NCBI GenBank assembly: GCA_934121925.1
Contig: CAKOVK010000003.1
Coordinates: 6,118 to 70,117, forward strand
Length of the DNA stretch: 64,000 nucleotides
Direction: 5' to 3'
From: an uncultured Clostridia bacterium
Lineage (GTDB): Bacteria > Bacillota > Clostridia > TANB77 > CAG-508
Shown here: positions 45,438 through 56,920 of the stretch, in pieces
How the letters are laid out: every line of letters starts with the position of its first letter
Position numbering within the stretch: the first letter of the stretch is position 1
Position numbers and translations under genes: made by a program
Notes under the pieces: generated by a model
Told to the model about the DNA's origin: nothing
Databases searched by the model: none
Seen by the model: the letters and a program-made list of their open reading frames with translations, nothing else

Positions 45438-45560
45438 GTGAAATCTGTGACTATATTATAACAAGTAGTGAAATTTGTCAACACTTTTTTAACATTTTGT
45501 GAAATTATTTTACAATAAGTGAAAAAAATGTTATAATATCAATAGGTTTCACAATCTGTA
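45438..45560. promoter_or_regulatory. lysis-lysogeny switch region with repeated GTGAAAT operator-like sites
   Basis: GTGAAATCTGTGA (45438), GTGAAATTTGTCA (45468), GTGAAATTATTT (45499), GTGAAAAAAATGT (45519) and inverted TTTCACAATCTGTA (45547). TATAAT at 45533. Confidence 0.55.
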
Positions 45561-45574
45561 AAACACAAAAAAGG

Positions 45575-45964
45575 ATGAATATTATGGATAATATATTAGG
45601 AAAAAGAATTGAATTAGAAAGAACTCGTTTAGGATTAAATCAAATGGAACTGGCAAAAAAAATGAATCTCTCTTCTAGTGCTTCTATTTCGCAATATGAA
45701 AGTGGTGATAGAGTTCCAAGCGATGATATAAAATTAAAAATGTGTGAGCTTTTTAATTGTAGTTTAGATTATCTTATGGGAAAATCAGATACACGCAATC
45801 CAGAATTAAATAGCGAAGATATATTAGATTTAGCAAAAGTAGGATTTACAAAGGAGAATTATAATCCTCCTACTGAAAAACAAAAAGAGCAAATTAGAAC
45901 TATTATTGAAACTATTTTACAAGATAATAAAAAGGATAATAAAAAAGATGATTCAAACAAGTAA
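45575..45964 (+). CDS. CI-like XRE-family repressor
   Basis: HTH LGLNQMELAKKMNLSSSASISQYESGDRVP. The start is possibly ATG 45584, after AAGGA. Confidence 0.75.
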   Translation: MNIMDNILGKRIELERTRLGLNQMELAKKMNLSSSASISQYESGDRVPSDDIKLKMCELFNCSLDYLMGKSDTRNPELNSEDILDLAKVGFTKENYNPPTEKQKEQIRTIIETILQDNKKDNKKDDSNK

Positions 45965-46364
45965 ATTATATGAGTTAGCTGAAAAAGAAAATATTAAAGT
46001 TTATAACTATGACATATCAGATGTTTCTGGTATGTTTGTTAATATTGAGAATATTAACGCCATAACTTTGAATAAAAATTTAACATTCTATCAAGAAAAA
46101 TCTACTTTAGCTGAAGAACTAGGTCATTATTATTACGATGCTACATACCCTGTTTGTTGTTCAGATTTACAATTAATATCTAAACAAGAATATCGTGCTA
46201 GAAAATGGGCATATAATGTTCTAATTCCTGTCGAGGATTTAGTTTCTGCTATAAAAAAAGGTTTGGATAATACAGATGTCCTTTCAGATTATTTTGAAGT
46301 TCCTAGTCGATTTATGAGAGAATGTATCAATTATTACATAGAAAGAGGTGTTCTTTGTGCCTAA
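45948..46364 (+). CDS. ImmA/IrrE-like metallopeptidase-domain protein (variant motif EELGH)
   Basis: STLAEELGHYYYD...EYRARKWAYNVLIP resembles the ImmA pattern (HExxH...E..AN.FA..LLmP), but the first His is Glu. The likely start is ATG 45948. Confidence 0.6.
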   Translation: MIQTSKLYELAEKENIKVYNYDISDVSGMFVNIENINAITLNKNLTFYQEKSTLAEELGHYYYDATYPVCCSDLQLISKQEYRARKWAYNVLIPVEDLVSAIKKGLDNTDVLSDYFEVPSRFMRECINYYIERGVLCA

Positions 46365-47472
46365 ACAGAAATATACAAAAAGAAAAGATGGCAGATATGC
46401 AACTACCTTTCATGGTAAGCCTGTCTATGGAAAAACCTCTAAAGAATTAGAAGATAAAATAAATGAATTGAATTATTTCTACAATACGGGGAAGCCTATT
46501 GGGAATGATAAGCTTTCCTTTAAAGAGTGGGCTGAAAAATGGTACGATTTAAATATGAAAACTAAAGAAAAGAATACTCAAAATCTGAATCGTACTCTTT
46601 TAGATTGTCATATTTACCCTAAAATAGGACTTATTAGCATTAAAAACTTAAAAAAATATAATGTAGAAAATCTAATAAAGAATATGGAACTTGAAGGGAT
46701 TAAAGTTACTGCTAACAAATCTTTAGCATTAATAAAAAGAATATTACAAGATGCAGTTGATAATGATATTGTTTCCAAAAATGTTGCAAGTAATATTAAA
46801 TGTATTAAAATTGAAAAAGAACCTAAAAAACCTTTATCTGTTTATGAAGATAAAATATTTTTACAAGTTGCTCAAGAGCATAAAGATGGTTGTTTTATGA
46901 TGTTGTTAAGATATTGCGGACTTCGTAGAGAGGAAGCTGTACCTTTAGTTGTAAATGATATTGATTTAGATAATAAGAAATTATATATTAACAAGGCTGT
47001 TTATTTTGGCAATAATCAATCAGAAATTAAATCTACAAAGAATAAAAAGTCAAGGGTAGTAACTATACCAGATATACTTGTTCCTTTCTTAAAATCAAAA
47101 ATAGAAGGTCGTAAAGGTACTGATTTAATATTTACTAAAAAAACCAGTAATGGCATGTTATCTTTATCATCTTTAAGACGTTCTTTAGAAAGTTTTTTAT
47201 ATCATTGTAACCTATTACATGAAAAAATGCAGAAAGAATTAGATAAAGAGTTCGTATTAACTGATGACAATAAAATAAGTTTTACATTTCATCAATTAAG
47301 GCATTCATATTGTACTATGCTTTATTACGCAGATGTTAAAATAAAAAAAGCACAAGAGCTAATGGGTCATTCTAGTGCTGATATGGTATATGATATTTAT
47401 ACTCATCTTGATGAAGAAAGAGAAAACGCAGAAGATTTGATTAATACATATATATCTAATAAATATGTTTAA
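46357..47472 (+). CDS. int: tyrosine recombinase (phage integrase)
   Basis: LRYCGLRREE, HQLRHSYCT and GHSSADMVYDIYTHL form the R-H-R-Y catalytic set. The GTG at 46357 after GAGGTG is the likely start (the track ORF starts at 46348). Confidence 0.9.
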   Translation: MPKQKYTKRKDGRYATTFHGKPVYGKTSKELEDKINELNYFYNTGKPIGNDKLSFKEWAEKWYDLNMKTKEKNTQNLNRTLLDCHIYPKIGLISIKNLKKYNVENLIKNMELEGIKVTANKSLALIKRILQDAVDNDIVSKNVASNIKCIKIEKEPKKPLSVYEDKIFLQVAQEHKDGCFMMLLRYCGLRREEAVPLVVNDIDLDNKKLYINKAVYFGNNQSEIKSTKNKKSRVVTIPDILVPFLKSKIEGRKGTDLIFTKKTSNGMLSLSSLRRSLESFLYHCNLLHEKMQKELDKEFVLTDDNKISFTFHQLRHSYCTMLYYADVKIKKAQELMGHSSADMVYDIYTHLDEERENAEDLINTYISNKYV

Positions 47473-47565
47473 TTAATAAATCGTAGTCAAAAAATAGTCA
47501 AACACAAAATTCAAAAAGTCGCACTCCTTTGTTATAGGTTAATTACAAGGATTACGACTTTTTCA

Positions 47566-47607
47566 TTACCACGCAAGTGCTCTACCTACTGAGCTATAGA
47601 AGCATAT
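47566..47607. repeat. attR core (partial 5' tRNA-Thr copy)
   Basis: TTACCACGCAAGTGCTCTACCTACTGAGCTATAGAAGCATAT. It covers only tRNA nt 1-38 and abuts the sigH stop region. Confidence 0.85.
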
Positions 47608-47616
47608 AAGTGAGGT

Positions 47617-48261
47617 TTATTGTTCCTCACCAATTATATTTTTATTTGCTTTTTTTCTTATTCTTTGTATTGCATTATCAATAGCTTTTACCGGTGCATC
47701 TAATTTTTCTGCAATTTTCACATAACTATCTCCGGCTGCAAATCTTGTTAGTACTTGTTTTTCAAAATCACTTAAGCTTTCATCTATTTTGTTACCAACA
47801 AATTTATAATATTCTTTTTTTGTTACAGTGTCTAGTGGGTCTTCCGTTGTTTTTGAATTAAAAAATTCCATTAAAGACACATCATCTTCGTTTTCATATA
47901 CAGCTGTATTTAAAGACAATGAAGAATTTAAAGGTATGTGTTTTTGCCTATTTGATGTTTTTATCGCTGTAATAAGTTGTCTTTCTATACATAAACTAGC
48001 AAATGATTTGAAAGAATTTTGTTTATCTAGTTCGAAATTTTTAATAGCTTTATACAAACCTATCATTCCTTCTTGAACTATATCTTCTCTTTCAGCTCCA
48101 ATAATAAAATATTTACTAACTTTTATGTTTACAAGTTCTTTATATTTGTCTAGTAGGCATTCTAATGCCTCATTATCTCCATTTTTTGCATATTCCACTA
48201 ATTCAGCATCAGTTTTAGTTTGTAAATCATTTTTAAATGAATAAGCTGTATTATTTGCCAT
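47617..48261 (-). CDS. sigH: RNA polymerase sporulation sigma factor SigH
   Basis: 214 aa. REDIVQEGMIGLYKAIKNF...FASLCIERQLITAIKTSNRQKHIPLNS, characteristic of SigH. Confidence 0.85.
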   Translation of the reverse strand: MANNTAYSFKNDLQTKTDAELVEYAKNGDNEALECLLDKYKELVNIKVSKYFIIGAEREDIVQEGMIGLYKAIKNFELDKQNSFKSFASLCIERQLITAIKTSNRQKHIPLNSSLSLNTAVYENEDDVSLMEFFNSKTTEDPLDTVTKKEYYKFVGNKIDESLSDFEKQVLTRFAAGDSYVKIAEKLDAPVKAIDNAIQRIRKKANKNIIGEEQ

Positions 48262-48347
48262 ATTATTTATGCCTCCGCTTTAATCTGATTTTGATTGTAT
48301 TATATTAATTAAATCCTACAAAGTCAATAGTTTCCTAGTATTTTGTC

Positions 48348-48785
48348 CTATTTTTCTAGAACTATAGTAACTGGTCCATCATTTAATAAACTCACCTTCA
48401 TATGTGCCCCAAAAACGCCTTTTTCAACCTTTCTTACCTTCTCTTTGCATTTTTCTACAAAATATTCGTATATTTCATTAGCTTTTTTAGGTTCCATTGC
48501 CTCTACAAAGCTTGGTCTATTACCTTTTTCGCAGTTTGCATAAAGCGTAAACTGTGAAACTATTAAAAGCTCACCATCAATATCATTTATAGATAAATTC
48601 ATTTTTTCATTCTCATCTTCAAATATTCTTAATTTGCATAGTTTATCTGCTAACGCATCCGCTTGTTCTATTGTATCTCCCTCTTTTACTCCAAATAAAA
48701 CTAAATATCCTTTGTTTATTTTTCCCACTATTTTTTCATCTACTTCTACTTGTGCATTTGCTACTCTTTGTATAACTAATTTCAT
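48348..48785 (-). CDS. dtd: D-aminoacyl-tRNA deacylase
   Basis: MKLVIQRV...GYLVLFGV...[12 protein letters not shown]...GNRPSF. Confidence 0.9.
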   Translation of the reverse strand: MKLVIQRVANAQVEVDEKIVGKINKGYLVLFGVKEGDTIEQADALADKLCKLRIFEDENEKMNLSINDIDGELLIVSQFTLYANCEKGNRPSFVEAMEPKKANEIYEYFVEKCKEKVRKVEKGVFGAHMKVSLLNDGPVTIVLEK

Positions 48786-48815
48786 AATCTTTCTCCTTAT
48801 TTTGTCTTATATATT

Positions 48816-49058
48816 TTAATTTGTTCCTATTTTATATTCAATGTCTTCCATAAATGGATGAATTTCCATAACACTTTTTAACGTTATTATTTGTGTTTTT
48901 GGATGTGGTCCTTTGCCTGTAAATTTAACTATTTCTCTAGAATAGCAATTTTTATTAAGCTTACTAAGCAAATACCTTGTTCCCATATATGTATAATATA
49001 TTTGATATCCATTATTTAAATCTTTCCATAATTGTTCAAAACTATAATCTTTATTCAT
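48816..49058 (-). CDS. hypothetical protein
   Basis: 80-aa ORF. Confidence 0.45.
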   Translation of the reverse strand: MNKDYSFEQLWKDLNNGYQIYYTYMGTRYLLSKLNKNCYSREIVKFTGKGPHPKTQIITLKSVMEIHPFMEDIEYKIGTN

Positions 49059-49196
49059 TTCTTCTCCTTTATAAATTGGAATTTTGCGAAGTGGGAAGTG
49101 AGAAATGTGAAGTGTGAAGAATAAGGAAAGGTCTACGAAGTCTTGCCTCTACAAATCACACCTCCCACATCACACCTCTCACCTCAATAAAACAAT

Positions 49197-51179
<1,983 letters not shown>

Positions 51180-51222
51180 TTAGTCTTCCTCCTTTGTTAA
51201 AAGTATACCCTAAAATTTTCAG

Positions 51223-51252
51223 GGAAAAAGGGGTCTGTCCCCTTTTTCCCTC
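51223..51252. terminator. palindromic terminator, copy 1 of an identical 30-bp element
   Basis: GGAAAAAGGGG-tctgt-CCCCTTTTTCC. The same 30 nt occur at 59321..59350. Confidence 0.7.
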
Positions 51253-51256
51253 TTCC

Positions 51257-51859
51257 TTAATCCTTTAATAGTTCTTTGCCATTTTTTACATAGTCCCATC
51301 CTGAAAAAATTGTTGCTAGTACAGAAATCATCATGAACACTGTTGCTAGTATATTTATTATTAGTTCTGCTCCCGTTAAATTTCCTTTTATAAATAAACC
51401 AAATATATTTGTGTTGTTTATGTTTATAAACATTAATATTATTGCAATCATTTGTGTTACTGTTTTTAGTTTACCCCAAATACTTGCTGCTATTACTTTT
51501 CCACCTTTTTCTACAGCTATTAATCTATATCCTGATACTACAAATTCTCTAAACAATACTATTATTGGTATCCAAGCTGGCAAGCTTTTTGCTTCCACAA
51601 ATATAAGCATTGCTGCTAATACTAATATTTTGTCTGCTAATGGATCTGCAAATTTTCCAAATGTAGTTATCTGATTATTTTTTCTTGCTAATTTTCCATC
51701 TAAATGGTCTGTGTATGATGCAATTATAAATATTAATCCCATTATCCAATATGCAATTGATATATTCAAAAACGTTCCACCAATATTTAAATATGGAATT
51801 ATTACCATTATTGGTACTAGTAAAATTCTAAATATTGTTAATTTATTTGGTAAATTCAT
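51257..51859 (-). CDS. pgsA: CDP-diacylglycerol--glycerol-3-phosphate 3-phosphatidyltransferase
   Basis: DHLDGKLARKNNQITTFGKFADPLADK, the CDP-alcohol phosphatidyltransferase motif. Multi-TM protein. Confidence 0.85.
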   Translation of the reverse strand: MNLPNKLTIFRILLVPIMVIIPYLNIGGTFLNISIAYWIMGLIFIIASYTDHLDGKLARKNNQITTFGKFADPLADKILVLAAMLIFVEAKSLPAWIPIIVLFREFVVSGYRLIAVEKGGKVIAASIWGKLKTVTQMIAIILMFININNTNIFGLFIKGNLTGAELIINILATVFMMISVLATIFSGWDYVKNGKELLKD

Positions 51860-51888
51860 AAATTATTCACTCCAATTATTTTTGTTTA

Positions 51889-53814
51889 CTAATTATTTAA
51901 ATTGTTTAGCCAAATATTACAACTTGCATCACTTGGCATTCTTAAATCTCCTCTTGGAGACAAGCTTACCGACCCTACCTTTGGTCCATCTGGCATACAG
52001 TTTCTCTTAAATTGCTGTGTAAAAAATCTTTTTATAAAAACTTGTAGCCAATGTTTTATTTGTTCTTCTTTAAAATCTTCTTTAAATGTTTTGCATGCTA
52101 ATATGTATATTTTTTTAGGTTCTGCTCCATATCTTAAAAAGTGATATAAAAAGAAATCGTGCAATATATATGGTCCAACCTGTTCTTCCGTTTTTTGTTC
52201 TATATTACCTTTTTCATCTGGTGGTAATAACTCTGGTGATATTGGCGTATCTAATATATCATTAATTATATTTTTGCATTCTTCTTTGCTATTATCTGCG
52301 ACCCATTTTATTATATATTTTACCAATGTTTTTGGAATACTTGCATTTACAGCATACATACTCATATGATCTCCATTATATGTGCACCATCCAAGAGCAA
52401 GTTCTGATAAATCGCCTGTTCCTACAACTAATCCATTCTCTTTGTTTGCAATATCCATCAGTATTTTTGTTCTTTCCCTTGCTTGAGCATTCTCGTATGT
52501 TACATCTTTTATATTCTTGTCATGTCCTATATCTTCAAAATGTTGTAAAGAACTTTTAGTTATATTTATTTCTCTAAATGTTGCTCCATATTCATTTATA
52601 AGTTTCATCGAATTATTATGTGTTCTAAAAGTTGTTCCAAATCCGGGCATTGTTATTGCAATTATATTTTCTTTTGGAATGTTTAATATCTCGTATGCTT
52701 TAATTATTACTAAAAAAGCAAGTGTTGAATCTAATCCTCCTGATATTCCAATTACTGTTTTATTAATATTTGTATGCAACAATCTTTTAGCCAGCCCATA
52801 GCTTTGTATATTTAAAATTTCTTCACAAATTTCACTTATTTTTTTTTTATCCTCCGGAACAAATGGAGTTTTGCTATATTTTCTTGTTAAATCTTCTATA
52901 TTATCTGGTATATTTATTTCTATTTCTCTATATTCTAAATCTACAGGATTTCCCATAAAACTAATATTTTTTCTTCTATCGTTTGCAAGTTTTTTTGTAT
53001 CTATTTCTGTAAAAATCATATTACTTTGAAAATCAAATCTTTCGTTATTTGCTAGGCAAGAACCGTTTTCAAAAATCATACTTTCTCCAGAAAATACTAT
53101 ATCTGAAGTTGATTCATTTACTCCACTAGAGCAGTATACATATCCTGATATCGTTTTTGCAGATTGCATTTTTACTAACTCTCTTCTATATTCTTTTTTA
53201 CCTATAACTTCATTGCTTGCAGATAAATTAAATATAATATTGGCTCCAAGTAGTGCTAATTTGTTGCTTGGTGGCTCTACTGCCCATATGTCTTCACATA
53301 TTTCTATTCCAAAGCAAATCTCATTATTTTCTTTATCTTTAAATAATAAATCTATTCCAAAAGGAACTTTTTGTCCTAATATTTCTATTTCCTTTTTATT
53401 TGCATTTTTACTAGATGCAAACCATCTTTTCTCGTAAAACTCACCATAATTTGGAATAAAAGTTTTTGGAATTACTCCAAGTATTTCTCCTTTTTGAATT
53501 ACAACTGCTGTATTAAATAATTGATTTTCCTGTTTTATTGGCATACCAATTATACAAATAATATCTAAGTTATTTGTATAATCTAAAATTTTACTTAGTG
53601 ATTTTTCTGCTTCTTCTAGCAAAGTATCTTGCTCAAATAAATCTTGGCAAGTATATCCTGTAATACATAGTTCTGGAAATATTGCTATTTGAATTTTATT
53701 ATTACTTGCTATTTCTATCTGTTCTATTATTTCATTACAATTAAACTCTGTATCTGCTACTTTTAATTTTGGAACTATAGCCCCTACTCTTACAAATCCT
53801 TGCTTTTTTAACAT
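51889..53814 (-). CDS. nadE: glutamine-dependent NAD+ synthetase
   Basis: 641 aa. N-terminal CN-hydrolase domain (FPEL, EICED) and a C-terminal NAD synthase domain (GISGGLDST). Confidence 0.9.
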   Translation of the reverse strand: MLKKQGFVRVGAIVPKLKVADTEFNCNEIIEQIEIASNNKIQIAIFPELCITGYTCQDLFEQDTLLEEAEKSLSKILDYTNNLDIICIIGMPIKQENQLFNTAVVIQKGEILGVIPKTFIPNYGEFYEKRWFASSKNANKKEIEILGQKVPFGIDLLFKDKENNEICFGIEICEDIWAVEPPSNKLALLGANIIFNLSASNEVIGKKEYRRELVKMQSAKTISGYVYCSSGVNESTSDIVFSGESMIFENGSCLANNERFDFQSNMIFTEIDTKKLANDRRKNISFMGNPVDLEYREIEINIPDNIEDLTRKYSKTPFVPEDKKKISEICEEILNIQSYGLAKRLLHTNINKTVIGISGGLDSTLAFLVIIKAYEILNIPKENIIAITMPGFGTTFRTHNNSMKLINEYGATFREINITKSSLQHFEDIGHDKNIKDVTYENAQARERTKILMDIANKENGLVVGTGDLSELALGWCTYNGDHMSMYAVNASIPKTLVKYIIKWVADNSKEECKNIINDILDTPISPELLPPDEKGNIEQKTEEQVGPYILHDFFLYHFLRYGAEPKKIYILACKTFKEDFKEEQIKHWLQVFIKRFFTQQFKRNCMPDGPKVGSVSLSPRGDLRMPSDASCNIWLNNLNN

Positions 53815-53832
53815 ATTAGTTTCCTTTCATTT

Positions 53833-54654
53833 CTATATTATACTAATATATTCTTTTACTATTTCTTTAAATTTAATCTTTACTTTTTCAGCTGTTTGTT
53901 TTACATCATCATATGATAATTTCTCATCTAATACTCCAGCTGCCATATTTGTTATGCAAGATACTCCTACGCATTTTATTCCACAATGATGTGCTATTAT
54001 AGCTTCTGGCACAGTTGACATTCCCACTGCATCTGCTCCTAAAATTCTTAATGCTCTTATTTCTGCTGGTGTTTCAAATGTAGGTCCTTTCATATATGCA
54101 TAAACACCTTCTTGTGCCCTACCCGTATGTTTATTTATTACCTCTTTAAGTTTTTTACTTAAATCTTTATCAAAAGTTTCACTCATATCTGGAAATCTAT
54201 CTCCAAATTCTTCTAAGTTTTTTCCTCTTAATACTGATTCTGCAAAAAAACTTAAATAATCATTTATTACCATAAAGTCTCCAGCAACATATTCTTTATT
54301 TACTCCTCCTGCAGCATTAGTTATTATTAGCTTTTCTATTCCTAATAGTTTAAAAACTCTTTCTGGAAAAGTAGTCTCTTTTAAATCATATCCTTCATAA
54401 TAATGAAATCTTCCATTCATTGCTATTATTGCTTTTCCATTAAGTTTTCCAATTATTAGTTCCCCAGCATGCCCTTCTACTGTAGATACAGGAAAATTTG
54501 GTATTTCGTTATATTTTATTACTATCTTTTCTTCAAATTCATCTTTTAATACTCCTAATCCAGACCCTAATATAATTGCTATCTTAGGATTTAAATTTCC
54601 TATTTTCTCCTTTATATAATTTGCACTTTCTTGATATTCTTCATAACTAAACAT
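53833..54654 (-). CDS. punA: purine nucleoside phosphorylase (trimeric PNP-I type)
   Basis: 273 aa. GSGLG, GRFHYYEGY, GPTFETPAE and VGMSTVPE. Confidence 0.85.
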   Translation of the reverse strand: MFSYEEYQESANYIKEKIGNLNPKIAIILGSGLGVLKDEFEEKIVIKYNEIPNFPVSTVEGHAGELIIGKLNGKAIIAMNGRFHYYEGYDLKETTFPERVFKLLGIEKLIITNAAGGVNKEYVAGDFMVINDYLSFFAESVLRGKNLEEFGDRFPDMSETFDKDLSKKLKEVINKHTGRAQEGVYAYMKGPTFETPAEIRALRILGADAVGMSTVPEAIIAHHCGIKCVGVSCITNMAAGVLDEKLSYDDVKQTAEKVKIKFKEIVKEYISII

Positions 54655-54677
54655 ATTTTTCTCCTCTCTTATATTTT

Positions 54678-56142
54678 TTATCTTTCACCTGGTCCAACAT
54701 CTTCTTTTTCATAACTATCATTTTCTTCATTATAATGGTATATTGTTTCATTATTATTGGTTCTTATTACAAATTCGTCACTTGAATTAATATATAAATA
54801 TTTATTTTCTCCATTTGGATAAGGTATTGATATGCTTGTAACAGGCTCATCTGTTGTTTTTATACTATCTGCCAATTCTTTTACTGCCTTTGCTCGTTCT
54901 TCTCCTGCTAAGTTTTTATCTATTAACTCAGCTCTTTCATTTAATAATTTACTTCCTAACGGATGGAAAACTAAAGGTAATGCATTTCCTCTATCACATA
55001 AATTCAACATAAGATCTGATGGTTTTTCGCTTTTAGAAAGATTAGCATATGTTTTTAATTCCTGTATTTGTTCATCGTTTATTTTTATATACTCCTTTGG
55101 CTTTGTTGAAAATATGTATGCTTTATCATTAAGTGTTAACATGCAAAATCTATTTTTGTCTTTATTATCTGGATTCTCAGAGTCTAATACATCTTTTATT
55201 ATGCTATTTTCTGGAATATCTCTATTTTTTACAAAGCAATCATATCTAGTTATTCTCCTGTATTCTTCTTCTGTTAGTACTTCTTTTAATAAAAGTCTAC
55301 TATAATACATAACAAAATCCGCATGACCATTTATATTGTCCCTATGATTAAAATAGTTAAAAATCCAATCCATTTTGGCTTCTAACTCTTCAGCACTTGT
55401 CATATTTCTATATTTTTCATATATTTCAGCTTTTGCTTTCTCTTCTACTTCTTTTGTAGCATTTCCGCTGTTCCAATTTTAGTTTTGCAGTTGCCCATTC
55501 ATTTTCTGCCATAATTTCTCTAAAATTTAAAAATTCGCTTTTAATTTGTTCGATTACAGTATTCATATACATATTTTGTTGTTTATATCCTAAATTAGTA
55601 TCTATTTTATCTAATGTTTTTTCATCTAAAAAGCTAATGTTTTCAAGGTTTTTTCCATCTGTTGTAAGACCTTCTTCAAATTTTTTGTATCTTCTTTCAT
55701 AATAGGCTTCAGATGCAAAATCTGGTGTTTTCATTCCTGTTTGAATGTTTTCCATATCTTCCAAGTAATTTATAATATATTGTTTCCCACTCTTAGTTGT
55801 GATTAATACATCTGTATGTCTAAACATATCTGTGTCACAAGATACTGTTTCCGCACTAATTCCATTTTCTTGTAGAATTTCTACTGCCATTTTACAAAGT
55901 GGCTTACATACTGTTGCTATGCTCCCTTTTTTATTAGCTAAGGCTTGTTCAGCTTCCTCTTTACTTGTTGGCTTTCTATATGCTGCTGCTTTACCTTTAA
56001 GGTCTCCTCCTGCGTAAAAGAAATTCATATTTCTTCTTAATATTGGCAAAATTAAAATTTCTAGCTTTCTTGCTTTTGCAATTTCTATTTCTTCTTCAGT
56101 TAGATTTCTTTTTTCTTTTTCATTTAAATCTAATTTAATCAT
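54678..56142 (-). CDS. hypothetical protein (~487 aa), frame interrupted at in-frame CGG 55467
   Basis: Track ORF 55426..56142 runs ..AKLKLEQ then CGG. The +1 frame reads GNATKEVEEKAKAEIYEKYRN and runs without a stop into track ORF 54678..55403. Confidence 0.6.
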
Positions 56143-56261
56143 GGCTACTCCTTTGCCTTGTATTTTATCATAAATCTTTTTCTACTTCAATAATTTATTG
56201 AAAATGTGCATAGATAATGTTATAATGCTTTTAAATTCAATTTTATGAGGGTGATTTTATT

Positions 56262-56840
56262 ATGAAGACAGCATTTATATTACATGGTTTTAATGGAGAT
56301 ACAACATATACTTTTGGTCCAGCTTTAAAAGATTTTTTAGAGAAAAAAAATTATTCTGTGATTATGCCGAATTTTCCTATCCGTTCTGAAGCTTCTTTTA
56401 AAAAATGGTCTAAAATATTAGATGAATATAAAGATAAATTTAATTCAGAAACAATTGTTGTTGCTCATTCTATAGGTAATCCCTTCTTTTTAAAATACAT
56501 CTATGAAAATAAACTAAAACCTAATTTATATATTAGTGTTGCTGGTTTTTGTGATTTATTTAAAGTTGAGGGAAGAGATGATTTAAATTCAGCATTTATC
56601 GATTTTGCCATTGGAAATAGTGAAATAGATTATCTAAAAAAATCAGTTCCACATAGATTTTCTTTATACAGTGATAATGATCATGTTATTCCATTTAATA
56701 TATTAGAAAGCTTTATTTCTAAAATAGATAGCACTCCAGTTTTTATAAAAGGAGTTGGTCATATGGGCAATAGAGATAATATTTCCAGATTACCACAGAT
56801 TGAAGAAATTATAAACAGTATTTGTTCTCGCCCAATTTGA
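56262..56840 (+). CDS. alpha/beta-fold serine hydrolase (YdeN/RBBP9-like)
   Basis: 192 aa. FILHGFNG and nucleophile elbow VAHSIGN. Confidence 0.6.
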   Translation: MKTAFILHGFNGDTTYTFGPALKDFLEKKNYSVIMPNFPIRSEASFKKWSKILDEYKDKFNSETIVVAHSIGNPFFLKYIYENKLKPNLYISVAGFCDLFKVEGRDDLNSAFIDFAIGNSEIDYLKKSVPHRFSLYSDNDHVIPFNILESFISKIDSTPVFIKGVGHMGNRDNISRLPQIEEIINSICSRPI

Positions 56841-56886
56841 GTTTTCGACTAAACGGAGAAAATCTCAAAGTACTAGCCATTATATA

Positions 56887-56920
56887 AATATAAAGGGACT
56901 GTAAAAAGTCCCTTTATATT
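56887..56920. terminator. bidirectional terminator between the hydrolase gene and spoIVA
   Basis: AATATAAAGGGACT-gtaaaa-AGTCCCTTTATATT, a 14-bp stem. Confidence 0.65.

Larger units (their letters stand above)
9313..47607. mobile_element. integrated siphovirus-type temperate prophage (~38 kb), apparently complete
   Basis: Bounded by 42-bp direct repeats in tRNA-Thr. Tyrosine integrase and repressor switch lie at the right end. Replication, packaging, HK97 head, tail and lysis modules are all present, with cargo genes at the left end. Confidence 0.9.

Noticed and set aside
47566-47607. A second tRNA-Thr gene next to sigH.
   Set aside because: Only nt 1-38 are present, with no anticodon-stem 3' strand, T arm or acceptor 3' strand. 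It is the att duplicate.
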